The notes under the pieces are model-generated. The model did no database searches. It was not told where the DNA came from and saw only the letters and a list, made by a program, of their open reading frames with translations. DNA of 64,000 nucleotides from IMG/VR virus record IMGVR_UViG_3300037553_000311, positions 1 to 64,000 of that record; one strand, 5' to 3'. Shown here in pieces: positions 10,050-20,650 of the stretch. This stretch comes from a virus. How positions within the stretch are numbered: the first letter of the stretch is position 1; each line of letters begins with the position of its first letter. The position numbers and the translations under genes were made by a program.

Positions 10050-10500
10050 CTACCAGTCACCTTACAGCTACTACTCATATACATTAGTTACCTACAGTAA
10101 TTATATTCATTATCTATCACCTTACAGCTACTACTTATATATCTACATCTACCAGTTACCTATAGTAATTATACGTATATCTGTTATCACTCTTACTACA
10201 GTTACTACTCATATACTACATACAATTACATCTACCAGTTACCTATAGTAATTATACGTATATCTGTTATCACTCTTACTACAGTTACTACTCATATACT
10301 ACATACAATTACATCTACCAGTTACCTACAGTAATTATATTCATATCTATTATCACTATTACTACCTATATATCTACATCTACCAGTCACCTATGGTAAT
10401 TATGATTATATCTATCACCTTACAGCTACTACCTATATATCTACCAGTTACCTACAGTAATTATATCTATTTCTATCAGTCACTCTTACAACTACTACAT
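10050..10500 (+). repeat. Degenerate G-poor tandem repeat (60-83 nt units; near-exact 83-nt duplication at 10148-10313)
   Basis: Recurring ccagttacctayagtaattat and cagytactac motifs. Confidence 0.85.
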
Positions 10501-10645
10501 AAATCTATGATCATCATACATTCACAACATGCTCATTTCTGAGCATGTTGTGATATATTCATATATGTATACCTAGTGAATGAATCGTATAATCATAACT
10601 GTATCCATATCACATGTACTCTGTGTAAATCGACTATATCAAACC

Positions 10646-10805
10646 TACTCATATAGTCATCCAAATCTGTCCTTCTAATTCTATTGCACACTACAGTATA
10701 GTACTACTAGTATCTTTTATATTACTCTACTCATATAATCATCCAAATCTGTCCTTCTAATTCTATTGCACACTACAGTATAGTACTACTAGTATCTTTT
10801 ATATT
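10646..10805 (+). repeat. 81-nt tandem duplication
   Basis: ctactcatat..tcatccaaatctgtccttctaattctattgcacactacagtatagtactactagtatcttttatatt occurs twice. Confidence 0.9.
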
Positions 10806-12813
10806 GATCTATTCATACTTTACACTCTAATTCTAAAAATATAAGCTCTTATTCACCTAACTTTGCTAATTTTTTAATCTTTACCATAGCAACTGTCGTA
10901 ATAGGCTCTCCGTCGTACCGTGTAGTTTGTACTGTATGAACGAGTTACAAATATTAGTTAGTGTGTATCTTAGAATTTCTAATTCTATTCTATTGGGAGA
11001 AGCGAACTTTGATTCGGAGAATTAAAGTCGCTTCGTAACTAATCTTTTATATATAGGCAGTATATGTAAGGTGCTTGTGTTTTTCCATTTTGTGAGATGA
11101 AAAATCAGATTGCTTCCAAAACAAATAACACGCATCGTAACTTATGTTTTTTTTATTCACACTTCTCCACTTAAAAAATATATAAAAAAAAAGGCGGTGG
11201 ATATATAATAGGTAAGACACTAACACTGCTACCACCGCCACCTTGCGACTGGAGGCGAAGCCGCCAGGAGCTAGTGCATAAATGACCAGGTGCTATAATG
11301 ATCGTCTAGTTATTATTTTATCAATCTCAACTCATGTGAAATTACCATTCTTCTAGAGAGTGGTTCTATCTATCATGGTGAGTGATCTATAATCAAAACT
11401 TGCAATTCCAAAAAGTGAATTTTTGAGTAAATTTATCAACTATTGATGAATTTTTCAATTTACAAAACTGCTCAGTCCCACGTTTACCGGACGTAAGCTT
11501 CACGCCCATGTAGCATGGACGTAGTACGAATAATTTCAGCTCACCCCTTGTTCTATCGGGGATGGTACCAAGCACGGTAATACCGAACGTAAGTCAATTG
11601 AACCCAATCTACGTGAAAGTAGATTGGGTTCAATCGTTATAATATCGGTGGTGAGTCATATTATTATCTCTCAATCACTATAGTATCGCTCGTAGTGATA
11701 TGTCTAATTAGGTGATGAGTGATGAACATCTACATATATTGAGATCGCATATCTAATTTTAATATCAAATACCTACTCCGAAATTAGATATATTTAATAA
11801 ATTTGATATAGATATTAGCTAAAAAGTACATATATCCGATGTATCCAATCTACTCTAAATAGACATATATTCAATCTACTCTAAAATTAGATATCAGGTA
11901 ACGGATCAATTAGTATCTAATATATGCCACATGATCTAGTGATTAGTAGAAGGTATCGGATAATACTTGATACCTCCCACTGATCTAGTGATTAGTAGAG
12001 ATACATCAGATACAGCCAGATGTACTTACTGATCTTCGATTTGATGAAATACATACTACGTTCGATGTAGTAGGTGATTAGCTGATTTTACACTCTTCCA
12101 TTCCTCGGGGTATAAGTTTTGCTAAAAATGCTTACGAGCGGTCTCAGAAGCAAATCATACATTTAGTACAGATGTGATTTGTAGTCATAAATCACCAGTG
12201 CTTATATTACCGATACTAGTGATTTTATCGAACCACTTTCCTCAGGGAATATATCACTTATTTTACATATAAATCACCAGCACCTATAGTGTAATGATAA
12301 TTGCAAATACTCTTCCAATCCTCGGGGTAGATACTTTTTTACTCATATCAGATGACCTCACTTTCAACATGAGTAGATATCTTTCGCTACTACTCAAAGT
12401 GCATATATTTTTAGCATAGAATCAGATGGTAAATGTAGCTGATATCTGATTAGATTAGCTAGATATCAGCTAAAATAAAGTGCTAAAAAAGAGGGTCTGT
12501 CACCCGTGGTTTTATAAGGGGTAGGAGAGGTGCTATTTCTACCTGTATATCCCTACGTGACCCCCCATATTTGCTATATTTCGTGTTTCCTACGTGCAGT
12601 AATATAGGCGTTCAGAAATGGGTATTTCAGTAAGTCTGAAACTTATCTGAAATTAGCAGTATTTGAAGATCCGGTAGTATATTCTAAGTATATTTGAGTA
12701 GTATCTGAATATATCTGATAATGAGATAATGTCAGATATAGTAGTGATGATATATGAACTAAACGTATCCATAGCATACCCGTAATAGGTATGCTATGGA
12801 TATCGTGTATGGA

Positions 12814-14061
12814 TTATAAGCTCTCAAATGATACTAGACATATGTAGAGTGATAATGCTACTATCAGTAATGAGATAGTATTAGATCTTCGTGTGATTTT
12901 ATTATCAGTAATCAAATACTCTATCGATAGTTTATTATTAGTGAGATCATTATTAGTCTTCTGGTATACCGAGTATATCTTCTTAGTATTAGTATAGATA
13001 GCTATCTTACTATTCACATTGACTGACTTATTATGTATAGCAGAATCATAGATGGAATACACTACATCATCTATCAATTTGACTAGACCTACAGATATGA
13101 TAGTACCATTACGTTTAGTTATCACCTTCTCAGATTCATTATCAGCTACCTGTATATTAGCTACATCAGTAATGACTAATATAGCACGTTTCAACATACC
13201 ATAACTTATCATAGGGATGGTATGATTCACCATCTTGATATAACCTTCGTTAACAAACTGAGACTTAGATAATATCTTATTATATACAGCGCTAGATATA
13301 TGACTAAAAGAAGCATTGAGTTCCTTGAGTATCTTCTCACCATCTAGCGTAGTGGTGCGAGAAAATGATTTCATGTAATCATCAGCTTCCTTAGTCTCTA
13401 AGTAGTTACCTACGATATTTTGTAACTGACTACGTATTCGTGTACTAGTATCAGTGATGAGATATAGTACTTTAGCATCATCGTTAAAGTTCATGACAGT
13501 ATTGTAATGGATATTGTCTTTAGATATTATCGTAGTAGACCTATTAGTGGTAACCTTCTTCCATGTATGATCTTGCTTGATACTATACTTGAGTGATAAT
13601 CTTTCCATTACTGTTTGCATGATATCATAATTAGCTCCATGAGGTAGATAGTGATTGATAGCGCTAGCAATGAATCTGTACTGATGATAGTTCAGTACGT
13701 TAGTAGCTGTCTTTATCATCAATTTACTAGGTAATCTACTAGTCATTATCTTATGTATCATATATACAGAGACTAAGTTTAGTGCATCTGACACTACCTT
13801 ATGATCTTTATTGACAGATGGGATAGCTTTTATGATAGCTATGACATCACGTTCATCTAGTGATAGTACTTCAAAGAAGTTAGAGAAGTCATCGGATCTA
13901 AAAACAAACTTCTCTACAGCTAACATGTTAGAGTTGAGTACTAGTGGGTGAGTTTTATATATCTCAAATGATAGCACCATACGATTGAATCGTTCACATA
14001 ATTTAGGTGTAATCTTAAGATCTAGATCCTTATCGAAATGTGTTAGTATATGAGATGACAT
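12814..14061 (-). CDS. Conserved phiKZ-like (probably virion) protein
   Basis: 415-aa ORF in an operon downstream of the terminase. Confidence 0.55.
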   Translation of the reverse strand: MSSHILTHFDKDLDLKITPKLCERFNRMVLSFEIYKTHPLVLNSNMLAVEKFVFRSDDFSNFFEVLSLDERDVIAIIKAIPSVNKDHKVVSDALNLVSVYMIHKIMTSRLPSKLMIKTATNVLNYHQYRFIASAINHYLPHGANYDIMQTVMERLSLKYSIKQDHTWKKVTTNRSTTIISKDNIHYNTVMNFNDDAKVLYLITDTSTRIRSQLQNIVGNYLETKEADDYMKSFSRTTTLDGEKILKELNASFSHISSAVYNKILSKSQFVNEGYIKMVNHTIPMISYGMLKRAILVITDVANIQVADNESEKVITKRNGTIISVGLVKLIDDVVYSIYDSAIHNKSVNVNSKIAIYTNTKKIYSVYQKTNNDLTNNKLSIEYLITDNKITRRSNTISLLIVALSLYICLVSFESL

Positions 14062-14082
14062 CGAGTTTATATCCTCATTGTA

Positions 14083-15702
14083 TTATTTTTTAAATAGAGT
14101 ATCTAGCTGAGACGCTGTCTTATAGGCTCTAGTACTTAGCATATTATCAATACTGATAGCTAATTTAGCATAGTCACTACTTACTCCACCATCACCTAGT
14201 GTATTATTTAGTATAGAAGTAATAATATTACCAGGTAGATTGATGAAGTTGGTAATATTATTATGTAACTTAAACGGTATAGTAGCTAACTGCTTCTCCA
14301 TGATAGAGATATCTTCTATTAATTCATTCCTTATAGCTGGTGGTAGACTACTATCTTTCAGCATGTCGATATTATTAGATACATTACGGCTTAATCGCTT
14401 GATAGTAGTTTCATATGATGAACCACTGAATCTATACAGTTTAGCACCCATGACAGATATACCTACAATTACAGGTATACGCAATGCGACATTGATAGCT
14501 CTCAGTGCAAAACTATCCCGTATGGTACTATTAAACACTGGTATCATGAAACCACGTGCCATCATAGCACTTTGGATCTTACCTATTTTGATTAGCATAC
14601 TATTCAGCTCAGGACTCATACGATACCTACTTACATATTCATCAGCTAATCGTTCCCACATGGTAGTATTATTTTCATCTACATATAGAGATCTAGATCC
14701 TGTACTATTACTTTTACCCTTAGGTGGATTAGGTATTATCATTAACTTGACTGCGGTGAATATAGTATATTTACCCAAATATATACTCAGTAGTAGTATT
14801 AGTATTATCCATAGAGTGTTACCAGCGTAGATATTCTCAGTATCACTGATATCATCATCAGATATCTTAGATAGTAATGTATCGATAGAGCTGGATAATT
14901 TCATTCGTAATTTACTATTATCCCCAGCCTTATCTAGCTTCTTATCCAGTTCTTTCTTAAGACCTTTTGGATCTTTCTTTATCAATTGATCAGTATCACG
15001 TAATGCATTATTGCCATAGTATCCAGTATAACTCAGATCAGCCATATATTCAACCCAAGCAAATACGTGACCTAATTCATGTAGTAATGCTGATACTATT
15101 TCTCTGGATGTAGGTTGATATTTAGTATGAGCTTTAGGTAAGAAATCACCAAGGACAAATATACCAATGGGTAATCCTATCACTACACCAAGAGTACCAG
15201 CTTCTTTGAGTATCTTACCTCGTTCTCTATCTAGACTCTCAGTTACTTTTAATACATCCTTTACAGTATTAGCGTTTCTTAACTGACCTTTTACATTACC
15301 TTCAGCAGCATAAATTAACTTACTCATATAAGTATCGCACTTAGATAAGCATACATATATACTACATACATTATCAATGTTGCTAGGATATGATGTCTCT
15401 AGATTTTTAATTACGACACCGGTGTATTTCTTTACTACCTTCTTAAACTCAGGTTGGACATACTTATCTATGAAAGTCTTCATGCGCCTATGTTTGATAC
15501 TAGCACTAGAACTATCTGTAGGATCACCGTAATCTTTATCATGCTTAGTGGTAAATTCGAATATACTATCGATTAATGAGATAAGCTTCTCAGGGAATTC
15601 TTTACTTGTCTGTAAGCTTATAGATTCAGTAGATCCTAGTACGTCTCTGAACATCGGCATGCTGGAATCTAATGTATCGATACTACCTATTAAAGTACTC
15701 AT
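14083..15702 (-). CDS. Virion-type protein with a zincin-like HExxH motif
   Basis: LLHELGH and downstream ERLADEY; follows the terminase. Confidence 0.55.
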   Translation of the reverse strand: MSTLIGSIDTLDSSMPMFRDVLGSTESISLQTSKEFPEKLISLIDSIFEFTTKHDKDYGDPTDSSSASIKHRRMKTFIDKYVQPEFKKVVKKYTGVVIKNLETSYPSNIDNVCSIYVCLSKCDTYMSKLIYAAEGNVKGQLRNANTVKDVLKVTESLDRERGKILKEAGTLGVVIGLPIGIFVLGDFLPKAHTKYQPTSREIVSALLHELGHVFAWVEYMADLSYTGYYGNNALRDTDQLIKKDPKGLKKELDKKLDKAGDNSKLRMKLSSSIDTLLSKISDDDISDTENIYAGNTLWIILILLLSIYLGKYTIFTAVKLMIIPNPPKGKSNSTGSRSLYVDENNTTMWERLADEYVSRYRMSPELNSMLIKIGKIQSAMMARGFMIPVFNSTIRDSFALRAINVALRIPVIVGISVMGAKLYRFSGSSYETTIKRLSRNVSNNIDMLKDSSLPPAIRNELIEDISIMEKQLATIPFKLHNNITNFINLPGNIITSILNNTLGDGGVSSDYAKLAISIDNMLSTRAYKTASQLDTLFKK

Positions 15703-15711
15703 GATTCTCCC

Positions 15712-17832
15712 TTATATGTTTGTAAAGTATGCATTGATATCTATATCGGGGTAGACATTGATATTAGCTTTAGTATTGACTAAATCGTCAACTGTATCTA
15801 CTCGCTTGATCATATTATTAGCATCGTCAGGTAATAGTGATTTGAGATCATTCAACTTATGTATGATACCTACACGTTTAGTTCTATCTTTCTGTATAGA
15901 TAATCGCTTATCTAGTACCTGTATTCGTAATTGGAGGTCATCTATATCTACTCCATTTTCTATATTCTCCTCTGCTATTATATCTTGCAATATAGTATCC
16001 TTCCTCATATCACTGAATGCATCATACATGCTAAGATTCTTACCAAATAGTACAACCATGCAGGCTAAGATATATCCGACTACTCTATCATCATGTCCAC
16101 TACTAGTATGATCGACTCTACCATTTCTTATAGTCAATCCCTGTATCTCTAGTACTAGTCCAGCATCATTGATCTTATCAGCAGATAATTCTAACGCTCT
16201 CTTAAACACTGTATTATATAAGAATTTCCTACCGATAGTTGCACTGTTAGAGTTTCTAAAGCCAAAGTACTTTCGGTACTTGTCATATAATTCTCCATGG
16301 GCTATATTCACGTTCTTAAATTTATTATCAGCATGATCTTGCACTACTAAGTTGTATATTCTTTTAAATGGATTAATACCTTCCTTATCCAGTTCTAATA
16401 GTACAAGATCTATCACGCCTACTGCCATATTTCTTTCTGGTATATAGAGTATGTTAGGATTCTTTAATAGTTTGACTACTAGTAGAGCTACCTTAATTAA
16501 GTTCACTGTATTACAGATACATACGCCTATGACTTCTAGACTCCTAGCATCTACAAATACGAATGAGGTATTATCATTACCTACATTTTCAGATACATCC
16601 ATACCTAGTACGATTGGTATCCTAACGAAGTTAGCTTGTATCTCTACTTGTTCTTTTGGTATGTACCACCTGATCATGAACTCATCGATATATTGCACAT
16701 ATACAGGTTCTTTCTTACTACTATGTACCTTATCTAGTAATAGGATATCTATAGGAGATGTCTCACTACCACGAGTCCATTTATTCAGATAATCCCTAGC
16801 GATTGTATCTTTAGTACCTTTAGATCTAGCAGCCTTTTCATTAAACCATGCATCATCATAACCTAATTGCTGATAGCTAAATTCACTATAGATCATCTTA
16901 GCACTACTACCACTAGCTACAGTAGCATTTAACTTAGCTTCATCATCTAAGTCATATAAGTGCTCAGTGAATGCAAAACTATCTAGTATCATAGCGTGAG
17001 TATAAGCACCTTCAGTACTATTCAATTTACCAGCAGTAGTAGCTAATATATTACCATATGGGTCATGATTCTTTCTTGCATTATCTACTGCTGTACCAGT
17101 AGAAGCTATAGCTATTGGATATGTGATATCGATATTATTAAAGTAAGCTATCTCATCCCAAAATTGAGAAGGTGTAGTCATACCACGACCTAGTGAATCA
17201 GCACCTGAGTTAGAATTCTGAGCTACATAACTATCACATGTATTACTCAATGCATCATATGTGATCTCTTCACTATTATTAATATCATTAGCTGATGAAT
17301 GTACTAACCATTTTGGTAATCCATCTCTCATATCTTTTAACCTAATGATATTAACTTTCCTCAACTTATTACCTTTAGCTAATATAGAGAATCTGTAGTT
17401 ATATGAGAGGAAATACATTACTGATATAATAATACTTGTTGCTGTAACTGTCTTAAGTGTTTGCCGTGGCGCTATTACTAAATTATCTATATGGTTAAAG
17501 TATAACCAGATGATTGATAAATTACCTCTGTTCACTTTAAATCGCACACCATCAGTACCAATTTCATGGATACGTAGGAGTTCTCTAAATATGTAATATG
17601 GATTAGTCTTAGCTTCTCTCACTATCTTAAGCTTTAACTCTTCTGAATTATCCACTAGGTTATGTGGATCGATATCTGCAAGATCTGGATCTAATAAGAT
17701 TAAGTGGAATAAGTTATTCTTGATTCCCATCCGCTTTAGGACAGCATGCATTCGTACAAATGATCTATTCTTAGTCTGTAAATGTATATGAGTCTCGTCT
17801 AGATGCGCATAATCTTTCTTAAATAGTATCAT
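15712..17832 (-). CDS. terL: Terminase large subunit
   Basis: APRQTLKT Walker A-like, FWDE Walker B, ATTAG motif III, LGMDVSE and GHDD nuclease motifs; 706 aa. Confidence 0.88.
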   Translation of the reverse strand: MILFKKDYAHLDETHIHLQTKNRSFVRMHAVLKRMGIKNNLFHLILLDPDLADIDPHNLVDNSEELKLKIVREAKTNPYYIFRELLRIHEIGTDGVRFKVNRGNLSIIWLYFNHIDNLVIAPRQTLKTVTATSIIISVMYFLSYNYRFSILAKGNKLRKVNIIRLKDMRDGLPKWLVHSSANDINNSEEITYDALSNTCDSYVAQNSNSGADSLGRGMTTPSQFWDEIAYFNNIDITYPIAIASTGTAVDNARKNHDPYGNILATTAGKLNSTEGAYTHAMILDSFAFTEHLYDLDDEAKLNATVASGSSAKMIYSEFSYQQLGYDDAWFNEKAARSKGTKDTIARDYLNKWTRGSETSPIDILLLDKVHSSKKEPVYVQYIDEFMIRWYIPKEQVEIQANFVRIPIVLGMDVSENVGNDNTSFVFVDARSLEVIGVCICNTVNLIKVALLVVKLLKNPNILYIPERNMAVGVIDLVLLELDKEGINPFKRIYNLVVQDHADNKFKNVNIAHGELYDKYRKYFGFRNSNSATIGRKFLYNTVFKRALELSADKINDAGLVLEIQGLTIRNGRVDHTSSGHDDRVVGYILACMVVLFGKNLSMYDAFSDMRKDTILQDIIAEENIENGVDIDDLQLRIQVLDKRLSIQKDRTKRVGIIHKLNDLKSLLPDDANNMIKRVDTVDDLVNTKANINVYPDIDINAYFTNI

Positions 17833-18119
17833 GTAATTTACCTTAGGGTTACGACTACGTTGTATTAGTATAGGACTACACTATTATGATGAGCAGATAT
17901 CTTTTACTCATGCTCAGAGTACAATATTCACCACGACTTCCCATCCCACATACGTGAGATGGGAAGTCATAAGGAGAAAGAATGAATAACGCCAGTATCA
18001 TACGTGGTTGAGGGTACGTATGATACCGATGAACCTGATAGCCTTAGGAGGATAAATGATTACTATTTCGATTCATATTATAGTAGTAACTAATATAATC
18101 ACCTTAGGAGGAAATCCAA

Positions 18120-18392
18120 ATGATGGATGCAATGAGTATGATAAAGAGACTAACTAGAGTCATCAACCTAGTCAGTAATATTAATAGAATGCCGAAGAAT
18201 CTCAGGTCAAGACAAGGACTGAATAACAGTAATGCATTAATCCAACTCAAAGAACGAGCAATTGTACTAAGGGAGAGTATCGAATACTATGTCAATTTTA
18301 ACGATGATGATCCTTTCGTATTAGATGGTACGATTGAATTAGCTGATGACATATGTGAACAGATTTTAGGATGCATCACTCATGTGAATTAA
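18120..18392 (+). CDS. Hypothetical protein
   Basis: AGGAGG RBS; 90 aa. Confidence 0.55.
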   Translation: MMDAMSMIKRLTRVINLVSNINRMPKNLRSRQGLNNSNALIQLKERAIVLRESIEYYVNFNDDDPFVLDGTIELADDICEQILGCITHVN

Positions 18393-19123
18393 GCTCTCAT
18401 CATATTCTCTATAGTATTAGGTATCTCACCATCATTATCATCTACTAGAGCAGATATCATTCCCTCATTCATATAGCTACCTACTATCTTAGATGTAGTA
18501 GATTTAGGTGAATGACTTATCTGATTGAGAGGTACAATGATGGGATCTTTCTTCATAGTAGTATGTCTATAGAATTTGAATGGATCATTAGCATCTCTAA
18601 ACATATGTGAATAGATTAACCCAAATATCGAATGATTGATACCTAATGATACACCAAAACATTCTTCATCATGATTGAATAGACTGATGATGCTATCGTA
18701 AGTTATAAATGGAGGTATCTTACCTAGAGCTAAGAATGTAGTAAATATCACATACACCATATTAGAGTCCTTTACGACATCAGTCTCAGATATGAAGATA
18801 TCTCCTGTATTTAGAGTCAGTACTGTATATGGATAATCATCTTCTACTCTATTCTCTATAGTAGATGGTTGTATACTTATCTTAGCTGGTAATATTAATG
18901 TAGACTCTATCCTAGAGTTGATTACCATCTTTAATATACCTAATGTACTTACCTGATTAGAGATATATAATAAGTCACGTTCTGCATAAAATGCTGGTAT
19001 GTATATCTCTAATTTATCACCTATAAACACCTTAGTATTCTTCACTTGCTTAAAGTATTTGTCGATGGATGATTTAGTCATAGTAGGTTCTCCATAGTAA
19101 TGTGGTTTATATAATATAGGCAT
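18389..19123 (-). CDS. Conserved jumbo-phage protein divergent from the head protease (start possibly 19081)
   Basis: Long ORF; GGAG before the internal Met; position next to the protease. Confidence 0.55.
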   Translation of the reverse strand: MPILYKPHYYGEPTMTKSSIDKYFKQVKNTKVFIGDKLEIYIPAFYAERDLLYISNQVSTLGILKMVINSRIESTLILPAKISIQPSTIENRVEDDYPYTVLTLNTGDIFISETDVVKDSNMVYVIFTTFLALGKIPPFITYDSIISLFNHDEECFGVSLGINHSIFGLIYSHMFRDANDPFKFYRHTTMKKDPIIVPLNQISHSPKSTTSKIVGSYMNEGMISALVDDNDGEIPNTIENMMRA

Positions 19124-19185
19124 ATGTGCAATCGTTCCACATATAAGGTCTATACTATCAATGTCAACTAAAAAAAGGATCTCAC

Positions 19186-20022
19186 ATGAAACCAGATACT
19201 GATATATATTTCACAGTCAGTACTTGCATCGTCGATGATAATCGAGAACTAGGCAAGGGAGTAAGAGATAAAGATGGGTACTTTACTGATGTACCTGTAG
19301 CAGTACTAGGTACAACTACTCGTAATAAGACTAGCTATGATACTAAGTCAGTAATCGATAATATCAAAGGACCTGATTCCACATTCCATATCAGATTGAC
19401 TGAAGGTACTCTATATGGTGAGCATGGACATCCATTTGTAGATCTCAATACTCGCATGGGTATGCAACGTCTTATGTCATTAGAAGCATCTAAAGAATCT
19501 CACCATATCAGATCAGTAAAAGTAAAGCGAGTAGATGATCTCGGTATAGATCTAGTACTCATAGATACCAAAGGATCAGGTCCATATGGTAAATATCATG
19601 ATGAAGCTATGCTAGATCCTTCTAGAAATATAGCCTATTCACTTAGAGGTTTGTCTAAAGGTAAATTAGATAAACGTACTGGCGTCATGAATAAAGAATT
19701 AGTCTCATTAGTTACATTTGACTCTAATGTACCATCTGGTGGATTCAAAGAAGCATCTAAACGATATATGTCATCTACTGAAAACTTATCATACTACTCA
19801 GAAGATGTAGTGGATCAGATCATCATACCAGATGATTATGGTATCATAAGAGAAGTAGCATTAGAAACATTCACTGATACTGAACTAAATGATATACTAA
19901 AGAGTACTAAGATAGTGATAGGTAAAACTATAGAGTACTATATAGATAAGAATAACCAAGTACTAGTGGATCAAGGAACTAGTAAAGGTATATTCCATAC
20001 ACTATTCAACAGAGGTAAATGA
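19186..20022 (+). CDS. Prohead (head maturation) protease, phiKZ gp175-like
   Basis: LYGEHGHP (His), YSLRG (Ser), LVTFD motifs; C-terminal S/A-x-E autocleavage-type sites. Confidence 0.82.
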   Translation: MKPDTDIYFTVSTCIVDDNRELGKGVRDKDGYFTDVPVAVLGTTTRNKTSYDTKSVIDNIKGPDSTFHIRLTEGTLYGEHGHPFVDLNTRMGMQRLMSLEASKESHHIRSVKVKRVDDLGIDLVLIDTKGSGPYGKYHDEAMLDPSRNIAYSLRGLSKGKLDKRTGVMNKELVSLVTFDSNVPSGGFKEASKRYMSSTENLSYYSEDVVDQIIIPDDYGIIREVALETFTDTELNDILKSTKIVIGKTIEYYIDKNNQVLVDQGTSKGIFHTLFNRGK

Positions 20023-20026
20023 TACC

Positions 20027-20650
20027 ATGGGTATATTATCAAATCTAAATATAAAACGTATGCAGGATGATCCATCTAGCAGTGACGTCAATTTTGTATC
20101 AGATCATGGTTACTGTTACAGGATCGTACCTAATACTAAATCAGTCTATGTATATTTCAATTGTGGATTTAGCGATATCAGTACATCACTCAAGTTGATA
20201 GGTATGATAAATTCATTATCTGAAGAACATACTCTACATTTCAGTATCAATAGTCCAGGTGGTGAACTCAATTACATATATGCTCTACTATCAGCTATTA
20301 AACGTACAAAAGCTCTAGTGATCATGTGTAATACAGGATTTGCTGCATCATGTGGATCATTACTATTATCATCTGGAGATCAGATATACATAGCTCCACA
20401 AGCTATCACTATGTTTCATGGTCCAACTAGCTTCAATTATGGTAAATCTATCTACAGTAAAACCTCTAATGATATACTATTAGATACTGTCAAAGTACAT
20501 CTTAAGGATATAGTAGCTAAAGGTATATTGTTAGAAGAAGAGTATGAAGGTATATTTACCAGAGATGATGAGTACTTTATTCCTAGTGACGTTATGATCA
20601 CTAGGCTCAAGAATAATAATCTCTGGTATGAGAAAGGGGGAGTACTATAA
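20027..20650 (+). CDS. ClpP-like serine protease
   Basis: INSPGG, AASCGS (catalytic Ser), MFHGP (catalytic His). Confidence 0.8.
   Translation: MGILSNLNIKRMQDDPSSSDVNFVSDHGYCYRIVPNTKSVYVYFNCGFSDISTSLKLIGMINSLSEEHTLHFSINSPGGELNYIYALLSAIKRTKALVIMCNTGFAASCGSLLLSSGDQIYIAPQAITMFHGPTSFNYGKSIYSKTSNDILLDTVKVHLKDIVAKGILLEEEYEGIFTRDDEYFIPSDVMITRLKNNNLWYEKGGVL

Larger units (their letters stand above)
9625..12666. other. Gene-free region bounded by ~260-bp inverted repeats (9625-9880 / 12400-12655); candidate replication origin or ncRNA locus
   Basis: No credible ORF from 9353 to 12813; inverted repeats, tandem repeats, A/T tracts and GC-rich hairpins visible. Confidence 0.6.

Noticed and set aside
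10050-10805. Possible CRISPR array
   Set aside because: Units are degenerate tandem copies with no unique spacers, and there are no cas genes in the window.
11460-11640. tRNA, tmRNA, SRP or RNase P RNA
   Set aside because: No cloverleaf, T-loop/CCA end or family-specific motifs were recognised.
14240-14830. Antisense ORFs in the track (e.g. 723-1103, 14240-14830, 30374-30775, 45043-45429, 57329-57775)
   Set aside because: They overlap well-supported genes on the opposite strand, lack an RBS, and are shadows of biased codon usage.
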